Source: Lama guanicoe (lineage: Eukaryota). Taken from it: a stretch of DNA of 64,000 nucleotides. Position 1 is the first letter of the stretch, and the number at the start of each line of letters is the position of its first letter. The stretch is from contig MU054220.1 of NCBI GenBank assembly GCA_013239625.1, forward strand, positions 8,963,367-9,027,366, in the 5' to 3' direction. The position numbers and the translations under genes were made by a program. Positions 50,331 to 62,560 of the stretch are shown piece after piece. A model generated the notes under the pieces. The model searched no databases. It saw nothing but the letters and a program-made list of their open reading frames with translations, and was not told the origin of the DNA.

Positions 50331-52948
50331 AGACTCTTTCTTACACATATAAATAATAGGACCAAATAGAAGAACTCTAATACACAATTCTTTGGAAAAA
50401 ATGTCTTTTGAAGAAGGTCATTATGTGAGAATCTGGTTATAGGCAGTTTGTGGAAATACAAATGCTCCGTTCATTAATATGAACACACTACACATGCATA
50501 AATATACATAAAAATATAAAGGCAGTGAGTGATCTGTGCAAATCACTTTTCACGTCCCTTACATTCTTTCTCCATTGAAGAGCTAGAAATTCATACCAAA
50601 AGATGGTCAATATACCTTTTATTTGAAAAGTTCCAGGACTATATTACTGTTACGTTACTTTACATGTTGGTAATGCAAAGATAAGGAAGCAATTTCTATC
50701 AGTGTCTCCACCTTTCTCTAAATCACCACCAGAAGGAGAGAATGCCAGCATCTACTGTTCAACCCAGATCCTCACTGGGCCATGTTTGCTTGAGGATAGG
50801 GCCATCATCCTTTAAAGGGTCTCATCCATGAAGGAGGCGCTCTCTGCTCTACTCGCCCATCGTGGGGAATTAAGCACACCCTGCATACAGTGCTGAGTGT
50901 TTTTCTTGGTATCTTTATCTTTCTCTCTGTACCATCTCTCTATTATTGGTTTCCTCCATATATTGAAAAGCCAAGTTCATTCACCGGGAAGGAAGCCTCT
51001 CTTCTGCCACTCGGCAGCCAGTATGTACCCTTGGGGACAAATGTGACCTCTTTTACACTGTACTTTTCTGATTACATACCCTCTTATGTTAGCAGATGTT
51101 AAGAATCGCTCTTTTATCTGAAGTCTTTGGGGCTAAATAGCTTAGGAAAATGGATGCTTCCCAAAGTTTTATAAACCTACCAGATTTGTCTGAATTATAC
51201 TGTTAGGGGCCCGAGACTATCTAACAACGTATTACTACTTTACAGTTTTGAGCTCTAATCTTCATGCATTTATCTTCCTCACAGATATAAATAAGTTAAT
51301 TTTTCATGCTTCAGTAGTATAAACATTTACACAAAGACCAGAGATCACAGGGGAATCTGATGCTTAACCATCTGAATAGTAGTATTACTGCTTTTACTGC
51401 CTTCTGCAAAATGCCCTGCAAAGAATTTAGCTGTTAGATACAAGAAAGTCTCTCTGCTGATTAGTAAAGAACAAATGATTGATGTCTCTTATGCAATTCA
51501 ATTCCACTGCAAAGTATGGCTATCACGAATAGATATAAGGAGACAGAAGTTCATTTTATAGGAGAAGGTTGAAGTGTCTACTTGGCATTTGAGTTATAAA
51601 TTAGCTTCCTTTTACCTCAACTGTGTAACATATTCTTAAAATCATACAATTCATAACAGAAATAGATACCAGAGGATGCACTAGTATTTTATAATGATTG
51701 ATAACGAGCAAAAAACATCCTCTGGGCTCTGAAAATTTGTGACTTTGTAACTCCTACTTCATTGAAGTATCTGCATATTAAAATAAAATGTGATAGTTAT
51801 AATGGCGTCCTAGAAAAACTGTATCAACATCACTCATCAGTTATGTGTTATGGGTAACAAACTAAAAAAGACAGAGCATGCCTAGAATCCCTGATGGGGG
51901 TATCGAGATTTGCCTTAGTTTATGCTTCTAGAAAGGAGGAAACCAAAAACAGTAGCATTAACCACATTGTAAGACACAGCCTTAAAAATCAGAGATTTTA
52001 TTAAATCCAGTTTCTTTATCTATTAAACAAGGAAGTTAATACCCACCTCAAAAGTATGAAATATTAAATCAGATGAGTTGATACATGTGGAAATTCTTTA
52101 TAAACAACATTTTCATAGAAGGGAAGTCTGGCAAAGGTAGTTTCCCATTAGTGGAATGATGGCTTTTTCTAACTCCCCTGCAGTCTACTAGTCTAAGAAA
52201 ACCAGAGACTTTTGGGTTGACAGTAAGACAAATCTGGGTTAAAAAATAGTGACCACCCATTAGCTATTTGTCCTGAAGGATGCATCAGCTCAAGTGAGAA
52301 GCAGCAAGGAAATCTCTGTTCCACCACCTTGATTACGTTATGTGTATAGTTTCCTGTACTAGTTAAAGATTCCTTTCTTGTGACAAGCACAGACAACTAC
52401 AAGAAATAATAATTAATTGAGCACTGAGCATGTTACATCCATGTACCAAGACTATCACCGAATATGGCATTGCCTAACATACTTCCTGTCTTTGTCAGTG
52501 ACTCTTTCTCTCCAATATCCCTGTAGGTAGACATATTTTATACCATATCATACATAACTCTGTTCTGTCCATCCCTTCAGTAGACAGGTAAAGTATGGTC
52601 ACCTCCCCCCATGCAGCCAGCTCATAAGGTATATACCTAATCTACAGCCCTTCTAGGGAACAGGAAGCTATCCCAACCAGAATCTCTCTTTTGTGAAACA
52701 GAGCACAGACTTAGTAGGAGAAAGGCAATTAGCAGGAGCCTTGATGCTGAAAATCCGTGATGAGGAATGATGATGGAGATGAAAGACTGGATACGATAGA
52801 CCGTGTTTAAATGTAGGTTTTGAGGGAGCAGAAATAAGCACACAAAAGCTGTGAGAAGACTTGGAATACACGGTGAGGACGTTAATTAGCAAACAGATGG
52901 AAACTGAAGTCCGTAAGTAATAAGACTTATCAGTCAACCAGATGAGAG

Positions 52949-53412
52949 CTTATCAGTAAGGACGCTCACCTGCAAGTGACACCAACCCCATTTAAAACGG
53001 GTGATACAGTGCAGAAGTCAGCAGGGGAATTCTCGTGCACACAGAGCTGAGTCCAGGTACTAAAATGCTTGTGTCAGGAAGTTTAACTGTACCTCCTCTT
53101 TTTTGCATGTTGCCTTCACATTCTCAGGCTGGTTCTCCTCTCCTGGTGGCCCATAGTAGTTTTATTTTAATGGACCCAATTTAGGTGGAAAGGGCAATTT
53201 CACTTTGTGGTTTTCAACAAATGTCCCAAACTCTGTGATGCTCTGGCCACATCTCAGTCAAGTGCTCATCTCATTAGAGTCTGGGTAAGGCAGACCCGAT
53301 GAAAATAACTAAACTGCGAGTTTAAGATGTTATTATCCAAGGGAAAACATGGTGATATTACCATAAGAAAGTTAAACAGCTGCTGGTCAGGCAAAAAAGC
53401 AGAGGTAGCCCA
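52949..53412 (-). mobile_element. Old MaLR LTR (MLT1J-like)
   Basis: ttatcagtaaggacgct..ctgcaagtgacacc...attctcaggctgg...ccaagggaaaa...ttacc.taagaaag...gctggtcaggcaaaa. Confidence 0.6.
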
Positions 53413-53534
53413 TAACCCTGAATCAGGTGTAGCTCTATTTCTTTAAAGGTTATGAAAACCATGTTGCTGAACCAGTGGTAGTAATTTTAAATATTACTAC
53501 CCATATTTAAAGGAAACACATTTACATATCACCA

Positions 53535-53760
53535 TCATTCAGTTAATCTGCAAATATTAGTTGAAAATTATCATTTGCCTACTACTGACCCAAGCTCTGG
53601 GAATACAGTAGCAAACACTGAGAAATATACATAATAAGTAAATAAATAAATCAGCAAGAAAGCTATGCAGAGAAGTAAAAAACAGGTGAGGAATAAAATG
53701 ACTAGGTGATAACATTTTTCACAGGGAAGATCTCACCTGAAAAGTTGATATTGAAGCTAA
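53535..53760 (-). mobile_element. L2 3' fragment
   Basis: caaatattagttga...gctctgggaatacagtagcaaac...gggaagatctcacctgaaaagttgatattgaagc. Confidence 0.6.
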
Positions 53761-55872
53761 AACCTGTCAAAAAGGAACCATCCGGCTGCAGTGTTTATCC
53801 CAATAAACACCTTCCTGAGTGAAAAAGAAAACGCCCACAGGAACAATGTGATTAACAGAAAATCCACCGCATGAAGTAAGTGAGTGTTGAAAATGTAGCA
53901 ACCTGGAAAGTGCTGAACTGGGATCAAGGAAGAAGCAACAGCTGAGCTCTGTCTGATCCTTGGCTTGGTGAAACGCAACTCCAGGGTTACTATATCCCCA
54001 CTTTGAATGGTATTCAGTGAGATAATGCATGCGAAGAAGTCCTAACATGACACTGGCCCCTACAAGAGCAATTACAAAACAGATGTACGTTTTTACATTT
54101 ATTATCTGATAGAGGTACAGATGCATGTTTAAAAATTATTAGCACTGGCTTGTACTCATCATTGGACGGTGGTTGCTTCTGACGCACAAGCCTAATATGT
54201 CCATGCAAAGCAACATTTGTGGTAGTTTTTACAGGAGCAGAATGAACTTTGTTGCATCAGATCTGTTGTATTGTTTGAACTGACAGTGGTTTGTCTACTT
54301 GTGTCTAAATGCAAGAACCTACCTTCTTGCTCTGTGCTAGAACATGTGCAAATGTTTGGAACAAAGCTTTTAGTTTAATCAAAAAGCATGCAACTCCATA
54401 ATAGCAGTTATATCAGTAGATGCGTTTGAGACTGGGCTCCGAAGCCCAGCCACACGATGGGCTACTCAGCTCAACCCAACCCAACACGTATTTATAGAGG
54501 ACTTGCTCTATGAAAGACAGATTATGCATTTTGGATGTCTTACAACTTAGTAAGAGGAAATATAACAAACAAGCAAATAATTGGAGCTTGAATCAGCTTT
54601 CTCTCCTACAAAGGCCCTTCTCTTCAGCTGGGAGGAGTTCGAAGATAACTTAAAGACCATGTGAAATAGGATTTTCATATCTCTCCACCATCTTTAATGC
54701 TGGTGCCCTATTGGTAACTTTAAAACTGCCCTTTTCCAAGTAACTTTCCTCTCATCATTTTTTCTATTTTTAGGTGACATGGTCTCTGAAAATAAAAATA
54801 GAGTCTCATATACTGTTTTTTGTCTTAGGTACTTTGGTAAAGAGAATTAATATTAGAGGTTGTAAATGGTTTATTCAAGAGCTGAACAAGATCAGTTATG
54901 ATCAGATAACAATATTAATATTTTCCATCTCTGCAATCAAATGTATTTTGCCAGATGTCCTTTGCCTTTTTCTGGACAATGACTCAGATAGGGTTGTTAG
55001 CTTGCTAGCGACAAAAATCCCATAATTAAAAGGTATTATAATTTTCAGCTTAAATTATTAAAATGAGATGATTTTTACTCTTTCCATTCAAAGATTTTCC
55101 TGCCCCACAAGCTCACATCTGACCAACAGCGGGGAAGGTGGGTTTGGTCTATGCTTTCTCTAACTTCCTTTTGTTCTGATAGCTCTTCCAATTCACGAGC
55201 AGGGAAAGGGGGTTAAAGGTAAAGTTTAATTTAATTAGCAAAATGTTTAATTAGCAAGTGTTCATTCTAGGTCTTTCTTGGCTGTCCAATGCCCTCTGTT
55301 ACGCTAAATAAGTCACTTTTGGAGAATTCCTGGGACCTTCCCCACTGAGGGGTGTGCTCTTTGCATCATCACTCTCTGATGCAGGCAATGGAAATCCCCA
55401 CATTATTTCTTACAACTTCCCCTTGGCTGCTGCCTCCCAGCTGTGCCTTGCAGTGAACACAGCCAAAGCCAACCTTGTGTGGGGTCCTTTCCAGATGATC
55501 CAAGTTTAGCTACTTTCCAAGTAACCACTTTGCCAGTGGGAACACTGATGCACCCTGGCGTTGCCAATCAGTGCAAGGGTGGCTGGTCCTACTGCAGCCT
55601 CCTGTCTGTCGTCTACCATCAGAAGAGCTCCAGATGTCCACAGGGCAGAGTGAGGCACCAGCCAGCATCCCCCAACCCCAAATCAATATCCACACCAAAT
55701 TCTATCAAGAACTATCTTTTTTTTATTTATTTATTATCAAGAACTATTTTAATCTGTGTTCAGAGAACAACCCTGGGGAGCCTCTGAGTCCCTGTAATTC
55801 AGGAAACTTCTCTCACTGTAGTAAGATGTCAAAGTCCTCTCTTGTGAAAAACTCCCTCCTGGTCTCTCCAAG

Positions 55873-56465
55873 TGAGGCCGGGAGGGAGGGGGCAGGGCAC
55901 AACCACCGAAGGAATGACACAGCGATTGAGGACAGACATAAACTGGTTGGAACCACAATAGCAGGAGACTCGCCTTCCAGTAGACCTCGAGCCTCACGGT
56001 GCACCTACAGGCGCCATGACAGTTCCCAGGCTGACCATAAAAGGTCAAAAAGTGGGCAGGGGCCCAATTCCTGGAAATCTCCGCCCCTTCCCCCAAATAG
56101 TTGGAATCATCCTCCCACTTGTTAGCATATGAAATTACTGGTAAATTACCCATAAAAACTAACAACTCCACACCTCGAGGTCACTCTTTATCTTGCCGTC
56201 TGAGAACGGCCCGCACTGTCTGTGGAGTGTGTACTGCTTTTACTTTAAACTAAACACCCCACACTTCTCAGTCTCTCCCTCTCACTTTTCTGAGACGCCC
56301 CACATTCTGTCTATGAAGTGTGCATCTCCTAAGCTGCTCTCCCTTGAGTCAGGACTGCACTCTTGTCTGTGGAGTGTGTCTCTCTCTAAATAAACTTGCT
56401 TTCCCTTTACAATACCTCTCTTGAATTTTTTCCTGAGCGAGGCAAGAGCCTATTCTCCGGTAACA
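55873..56465 (+). mobile_element. MER41-like ERV1 solo LTR with 4-bp TSD
   Basis: TG...CA ends; TSD caag at 55869-55872 and 56466-56469; MER41-like motifs gccatgacagtt, ttgttagcatat, cccataaaaact, aataaacttgcttt, ccggtaaca. Confidence 0.9.
56068..56076. promoter_or_regulatory. GAS (STAT) motif TTCCTGGAA within the MER41-like LTR
   Basis: exact TTCN3GAA match; function untested. Confidence 0.45.
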
Positions 56466-56974
56466 CAAGTTCTTTTGCTGCCCTTTCCCTGCCTATGTTC
56501 ATCTCCTGCCTCGTGGACAAAGGAGGGAAATTCCATAGTGTGTTTTATTTCTATGAATTCACTTCAAAGAAATCTCACATTCAATGAATTTCAGCCTTTC
56601 CCATGGGCTGCTGAGGCAATAATGGCTAGCTAGCCCAAAATGGCTATGTCTTAACAAACTGTGAAAAGATGTATTACTTCTCTTTAGAATACCTGGGCAG
56701 TTTTTACCTTTTTTTTTTTCCCAGAGTTGAGGCCTCAGGTAAAACCCCTGGAAAGCAGGAATTATTCTACTTGACATCCTGTTATAGCTGTTTCATATCT
56801 TGCTGAATTTCAAAGTCTTGTAAAGATACAATTCTTCCTTCATAAACCAGCATAACTTGGAACGTCGGGCATTACAAGAGATACGCAGGGGCTAGGGATA
56901 CTACTACCGAGAAGTCTGGTGTGCCCACAATGTCTAGGAACTAGATTTGGGGGGTCAGATATCAGAAAGGGAAT

Positions 56975-57300
56975 ACTGCAGCCTAGTTTCCCCAGAGCAG
57001 ACAGTGAGATAAACGATGTAGTAAAGAGTAAGTAGGGATCACCAGGGCAGTGAAACAGACACCAAGCAAGGGAGCCATTTCAAGCACGTCCCTGGGAATA
57101 CAGCTCCAGCCTAATTCTATAATGGACCAACAGGGTTCTAGGGGACAAATTGTCACAGACCTGCCTAACTGAACATTATATTATCAGGCTGGTCAATTAC
57201 CGGCTAATATTCTCTACAGAGGGATGGACCAATCCTTCGGGCATTTCTAGCTCTCTGATTACTAAAGGATTTTAAGGGATCTAGTCAAAGCACCAATTGT
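56975..57300 (-). mobile_element. Possible old ERVL-type LTR (LTR16-like)
   Basis: gtttccccagagcagacagtgagata...gggatcaccagg...cagtgaaacag pattern; highly diverged. Confidence 0.35.
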
Positions 57301-58379
57301 TCTACTGGATTTGATCCTGGAAGGAAAAAATAACAGAAAATCCTATCTTTCTTTTGTTCTCCTTGCTATCTGATTTGCACTGAGTATGTATATGGGGGGA
57401 ATAAAATAGAAAAGAGACTGGATATAACACTGTAATATTGGGAGTAGAATATAGATACTATATTGCAATACTGGCAAGTCTAAACATTTTTCATGGAAGC
57501 TTTCCTCTGTGATTAGTGCCAAATAGGGACACCATGTTGAGGGAACAAACAGTCTCAAAACATCCCCTGTGATGACCCCAAATCTACATTATTCAAAAGC
57601 TTCATCAGCTACAGCCATTAGAAGGTGAATCTCAGTACTAATATCACATTGAGCAAATTCTGGATAAATTATTATTTTGGGCTTTAAAGGGGCAAAGAGC
57701 TAGGAGAGATCATAGGTGGCTGATCAGACAAGAAAAGTTTCACTGCTGAGTGATACAAAATGTGTAGAGAAGAGACTGAGAAGAATGATGGAAATGGGGA
57801 AATCAGCTTGAACAAAGCTAGAAAAAGATAAGTGAGAAGGTGTTGGTTGGGGAGAGGGATAGAGGTGGAAAAAACGGGAAAGGTAGGTCAGAGTGTTTTA
57901 TGAATCTTATAAGTATAGATTCATTTCTGTAGCCAACTAGAGGCTGCCAACCAGGCTAGGGATAAAAGATCCTTGTGTGTATTTGATTTAGGCTATAGGC
58001 TCAATTTTCAATGAAATGCCTAGACATGAACTGTTTCATCAGAGTCAAAATATTGATACTATAAATGTGAGTAATGTCTATCCCATACCTAATTTATCTA
58101 ATGATAGAGAGTAGTGATTTAGAGATGAAGGGCATAGTATCTGATTTCTAAAGTTGGGATGGTAATGTTTTGGTCGGGGCGGGGTGAGGAGGAAAAGAGA
58201 GAATATCGAATACTATTAAGATTAAATTAAAGTAGGTTAATTTGGTAAAAAATAAATAAATTATAAAATTAAGAAAGACATTAACACTGCTAGGAAATCT
58301 AATTGGCATGCTGGAGCAGCGCACATCCAAGTTCAGAACATCCTTCAAAGAAAGAAGAGCAAAGAAATGTGTTAAAGTG

Positions 58380-58525
58380 TAAAGAGTACTCAGTTAGAAC
58401 TCCATTAATTTGAGCTCTGCTGTTAACTAGCTATGTGACCACCTCTTGGTCCTTCAGTTTCCCTCTCTGCAAAATGAAGGTGTGGAATGAACCGATCTTT
58501 AAAGTCCTTTTCTAGCTCTATCACT
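58380..58525 (+). mobile_element. MIR3-like SINE fragment
   Basis: gctctgctgttaactagctatgtgacc...cttcagtttccctctctgcaaaatgaagg...gatctttaaagtccttttctagctcta. Confidence 0.8.
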
Positions 58526-59822
58526 CCGTGTGGAGAGGAGACTTTTACATGATGGCAAGATCAATGGTAAGGGGTGAAATTCTTATAACATTCATATTAA
58601 TTAGTGGTGATTTAGCAGCACGAAAGATACGTGGCTCATTAATGATCACAAGACTGGAAACCATGCAGTCTATTAAATTTTTTTTTCTTTTTCATCTTTT
58701 TTTTTTTGAAATGAGTTTAATTCTTTTCTAGAGAACTCATATGAGAATAATTTATATTAAGATGTTGTCATCACAGGTAATAGATGTAATGAAGTATAAC
58801 CAGGCTCCAGACTTCAATTTTGATGTGGATAACTGATCTTATGACATGTTTAAACATATGAATGACAAATGTTTAGAAGTCACTCCTTGATCTCATTTTG
58901 TATCTTTACAATGCCCACAATTTGAAAGCCCCTGAAGGTGATTTCGCCTATTTATTTTTAATAAAGAGACCTAATGACCTCCCCATCTTTTTAGCCCTAA
59001 CAGCACATCACTGATTTTCCCGAGGCAATGGGCAAAACTGATGGGTGGCATCTTACATTTTCTAGAAGCAGCACAGAGGGTGCTTCACAGTTTCTCCTGC
59101 AATTAACTGAGACTCCGACATGAACATATGCATGTGTGGCATTCAGTGGGGAGGTATTCAGGGAACTAGATTCATTCCCACTTGTAGCCAAGGATGAGTG
59201 AATGAAAGCAGAATCTCACCTACAACGCTGAGCAAAAGAAAATTACGAAGTGAATCCAGTTCAAATTCAGTCTGTTTGGCAAATGCATAATTAACTGGTG
59301 TTTCAGGGCAGATTCATTACATGGTACTAACCATGCAATTACAGGTAAATTCATTTTCTATTCCTTGGCATTCTAAGCAAGTGGAGCTCACCATACATGC
59401 TAATTACTTTTGGATCCACTAAATGTAATTTCCCTATCAAAGGTGGAACCTGCAATTACTAAGTACTTAGTACTGAACAAGTATACGTTCCCTCAGACTA
59501 AAAGAAGCAAGCTGTAGTGCAAATAACAGGATTCTGAAGTTCAGCCTATGTTTGAATCTTTGAATCCTGATTTCTCCACTTAAAAATAAACTTCTGTCTC
59601 ATCAGTAAGAACAGAACTGTTGTACTGATTAAATAGGGCAATCTATTAATTTATTCTCCACCTATATAACATGGGAATGAACATCCAAAAAAATTTTTTT
59701 TGCCATTCCCAGAACACATCACACATAGCTCTGTGCTTTGACTATCCTATATCCTCTCCCTGACATGGTATTTATATTCTTCTCTAGCTATTTAATTCCA
59801 CCTGATTCTTCAAGATCTAGAT

Positions 59823-60024
59823 CAGGGGTCAGCAAAGTATGGCCAGTGAGTCAAACCACACTTGGAGCCCAATTTTGTAAATAAAGATTTATTGAAACAT
59901 AGTTATGCCCATTCGGTTTTGTACTGTTGATGGCTGTATGCAAACTACAACAGCAGAGTTGCTTAGCTGTGATCAAAACCTCATGACCCACAAAGACCCT
60001 TTACAGAAAAAGTTGACCTGCCCT
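59823..60024. mobile_element. MER58A-like hAT MITE
   Basis: caggggtcagcaaa.tatggcc...ttttgtaaataaagatttattgaaaca...ctacaacagcagagttg...ccctttacagaaaaagttg. Confidence 0.9.
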
Positions 60025-61739
60025 TAACTAAATTATTTATATGAGCACAGGGAATTGGAGACTGCATTTTAGTCTTCAAGTTTCATTTTTTTTTCCCTTC
60101 TGCTTAACATAACACCGGGTATTTTGGTGTCAGTGCTCAAACAGTTTTTGTTTGGATTTAAAAATAAATTACTGAATATAAAATCTCCTAAAAGTAACAT
60201 ATGGGTAGGATGCCATTGAAGTTAGAATACAATTTGTTTTTTTTAAGTTTTTGAAGTTTATGGGAAAATACACACACACATTCACATAATCCAATACTGA
60301 AAGAGAAGTTCAGGAAGCTAAAGTTTGTGCTTATTTCTCAGAACAAGAGGATGGACCTCTGTTCATAGGAGAAGGGAGCCAACAAGTGTTTATCCCTGAA
60401 GACTCCAACGGCTTCGTGTTTGTGGTGACCTATTCCAGGTTTGTTACACAGTGGTGCGTGCTTATGCCTGTGGCCAGCGTGAACAACACATATTCAATTG
60501 GCCTCAAATTTGATTCAGAACAAATGTTTTCCAAACTAGAAATCCTCCCCACCCCATGCTTTCTGATCTCTTAACTCTCATCTCCCCTGCATACAAAAGT
60601 GCCAGTATTCCAAACATGACTGATTATTAATTCTCTGATACCATTCTGAATACATACCACATCTATTTAAATTGTTCCTCATCTGTGGGGTTTTTATCTT
60701 TGAAGAGAATATGTGTGAAATAAAATCTATGGTTATAAAATTGAGACTTTTTCATTTCTCATGCAAAACAGCATGTATTTTCCTTATTACTAAAACAAGA
60801 TCCTGCATATTGGCAATTACAAGTGCTAAATTACCGTGTGGTGTGAAAGATGAACATATTACCCGGCTTAATTACCAGCTGCATTGTTATCAGAGTGTTT
60901 CTGTGTCTGTTAGGTAACCACAGCGTGACATGTGTGAAAGAGATTCCCAAACTGATTTCGCAGATTTAATCAGCTTTACCTCTTTTGATTAAATAATGCC
61001 AAGGTCAGGAAACTTTCTGCAGACATTTAGAGTTTCTTTTTGCTTTAATTTTACTTTTATCTCTAAGGGTATCATGACTTCATTCTTTATCGAGACCTTA
61101 AAAATAGTGGCTACCACTGTTTTTATCTTTTAAGAATTTGCAAACTTATTTAAAGTCTGCCCCGTTTTATGTATGTGGATAAATCAGGCCACCACCATTA
61201 TTGTCTTTTTTTTTCTTTCGCTCCTATGTATCTGCTGCAAGAATTTTATATCATGGCTACTGAGGCTTTGGTTCATTTGCTATAGCTTGCGTGCCTTCCC
61301 CTTATAAAATGCTGCCCTTTCAAGATTCCTAAAGCATCCTCCTAATACCATATTGTATTAATGCCTCAGGATACAGAGTCTACCAGAAGTGGATCATGGA
61401 TGTCTAAACTCAACTGCCGCAGAAATTGCCATAGAAATTATAATCCAGATTGTCTACCATTTATGCACTGAGAATAGCAAAAATCAGAGCAGAGAATCCA
61501 TGTGGTTATGAGGTCCTCTATGACATTCACTGCTTTATTTATTAGCATCTATTTATAACACAATACCATTTCTTAGACTCTACCTGGACCACTCCCAAGA
61601 GCTGTGAACCATTAACCAGTAAAATGCAGATGCACAGTTACAGAATCCAAAAGTCTTAAGAGAAAAGGAAAGTTGTTACGTCAGTGATAAAGGTGTTGTG
61701 TGTAGTGTGTATGCATGTACTGACTGACTGATTGGCTGA

Positions 61740-62130
61740 TTTAACTATTTTGACTGCCTAGCATCCAATTCTCATTTTCTTCTTGTAAAAGTACTTCCCA
61801 GTCTCTTTTAAGGAATTACCTTGCCATTACTGTGCTTTGTGTTTTTTGAGTCTATCAATCAAAGTGTTCTTTTTCCTAGCCCAGGAGAAAGCACACAGCC
61901 CAAGCCAGTTCAGTTATGCTCTCTACCATCTCTCAAGTTTGGGAACTTGAACACTGAAATTCAATAATATTTAAAAAAAAAAATACCCCAGGGCTGACAT
62001 TCTCTGAAGAGACGGTCATTAAGCTAATGCACCTGGATCAAGTGATCTACCCAAAGGGTGTCCTCTATAATTTACCATTTTATTTCAACTGTCAGCCATA
62101 TTATATCCTTCCAATGAATTTCCTTACAGA
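61740..62130 (+). mobile_element. Old MaLR/ERVL LTR fragment
   Basis: gactgcctagcatccaattctc...gcacacagcccaagcc...cacctggatcaag...caatgaattt. Confidence 0.45.
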
Positions 62131-62170
62131 CCTACAGATCCTGAGGACCTAATTTACGGTATTCCTAATT

Positions 62171-62354
62171 TAGTTGTTCTTATACTTGGTACTTGGCTAC
62201 CGATGAAAATCACTTGGAGAGTTTTAACACTTTCATCCTCCAGGCTGCATCCCAGACGAATTACAAAATAGTATCTGAAGGCGTGGACCCAAGCATTAAA
62301 ATTTTACAACCTCCCCAGATGATTCTAATCTGCAGCCAAGGTTGAGAACCACTG
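62171..62354. mobile_element. MER5-family hAT MITE
   Basis: aatcacttggagagttt...ccaggctgcatcccagac...ctccccagatgattctaatctgcagccaaggttgagaaccactg. Confidence 0.88.
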
Positions 62355-62374
62355 GCCAAATTTATACAGATAAC

Positions 62375-62560
62375 TACCATGTGCAGAAGCCCTGCTGAGT
62401 GCCAAGCCTGTCATCTCACTATTGCCTTACGACAACTTTAGGAGGCAGGTATTGTTCTTGTTTATGATGGGAAAACCAGATCACACAAATGTTAACTAAA
62501 TTGTCAGAGACTAAGGCTGAAGATATAATTTATATACTGAACTAGAATGTACTACTTCTA
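62375..62560 (-). mobile_element. MIR fragment
   Basis: ccttacgacaactttaggaggcaggtattg...tatgatgggaaaaccaga...gttaactaaattg. Confidence 0.6.

Noticed and set aside
55443..56171. Longest ORFs in the track (184, 140 and 114 aa)
   Set aside because: They run across the boundary of the MER41-like LTR and unrelated flank, and show no recognisable domain; chance ORFs in GC-richer DNA.
59457..59472. 16-bp perfect palindrome tactaagtacttagta
   Set aside because: About one palindrome with 8-bp arms is expected by chance in a window this size.
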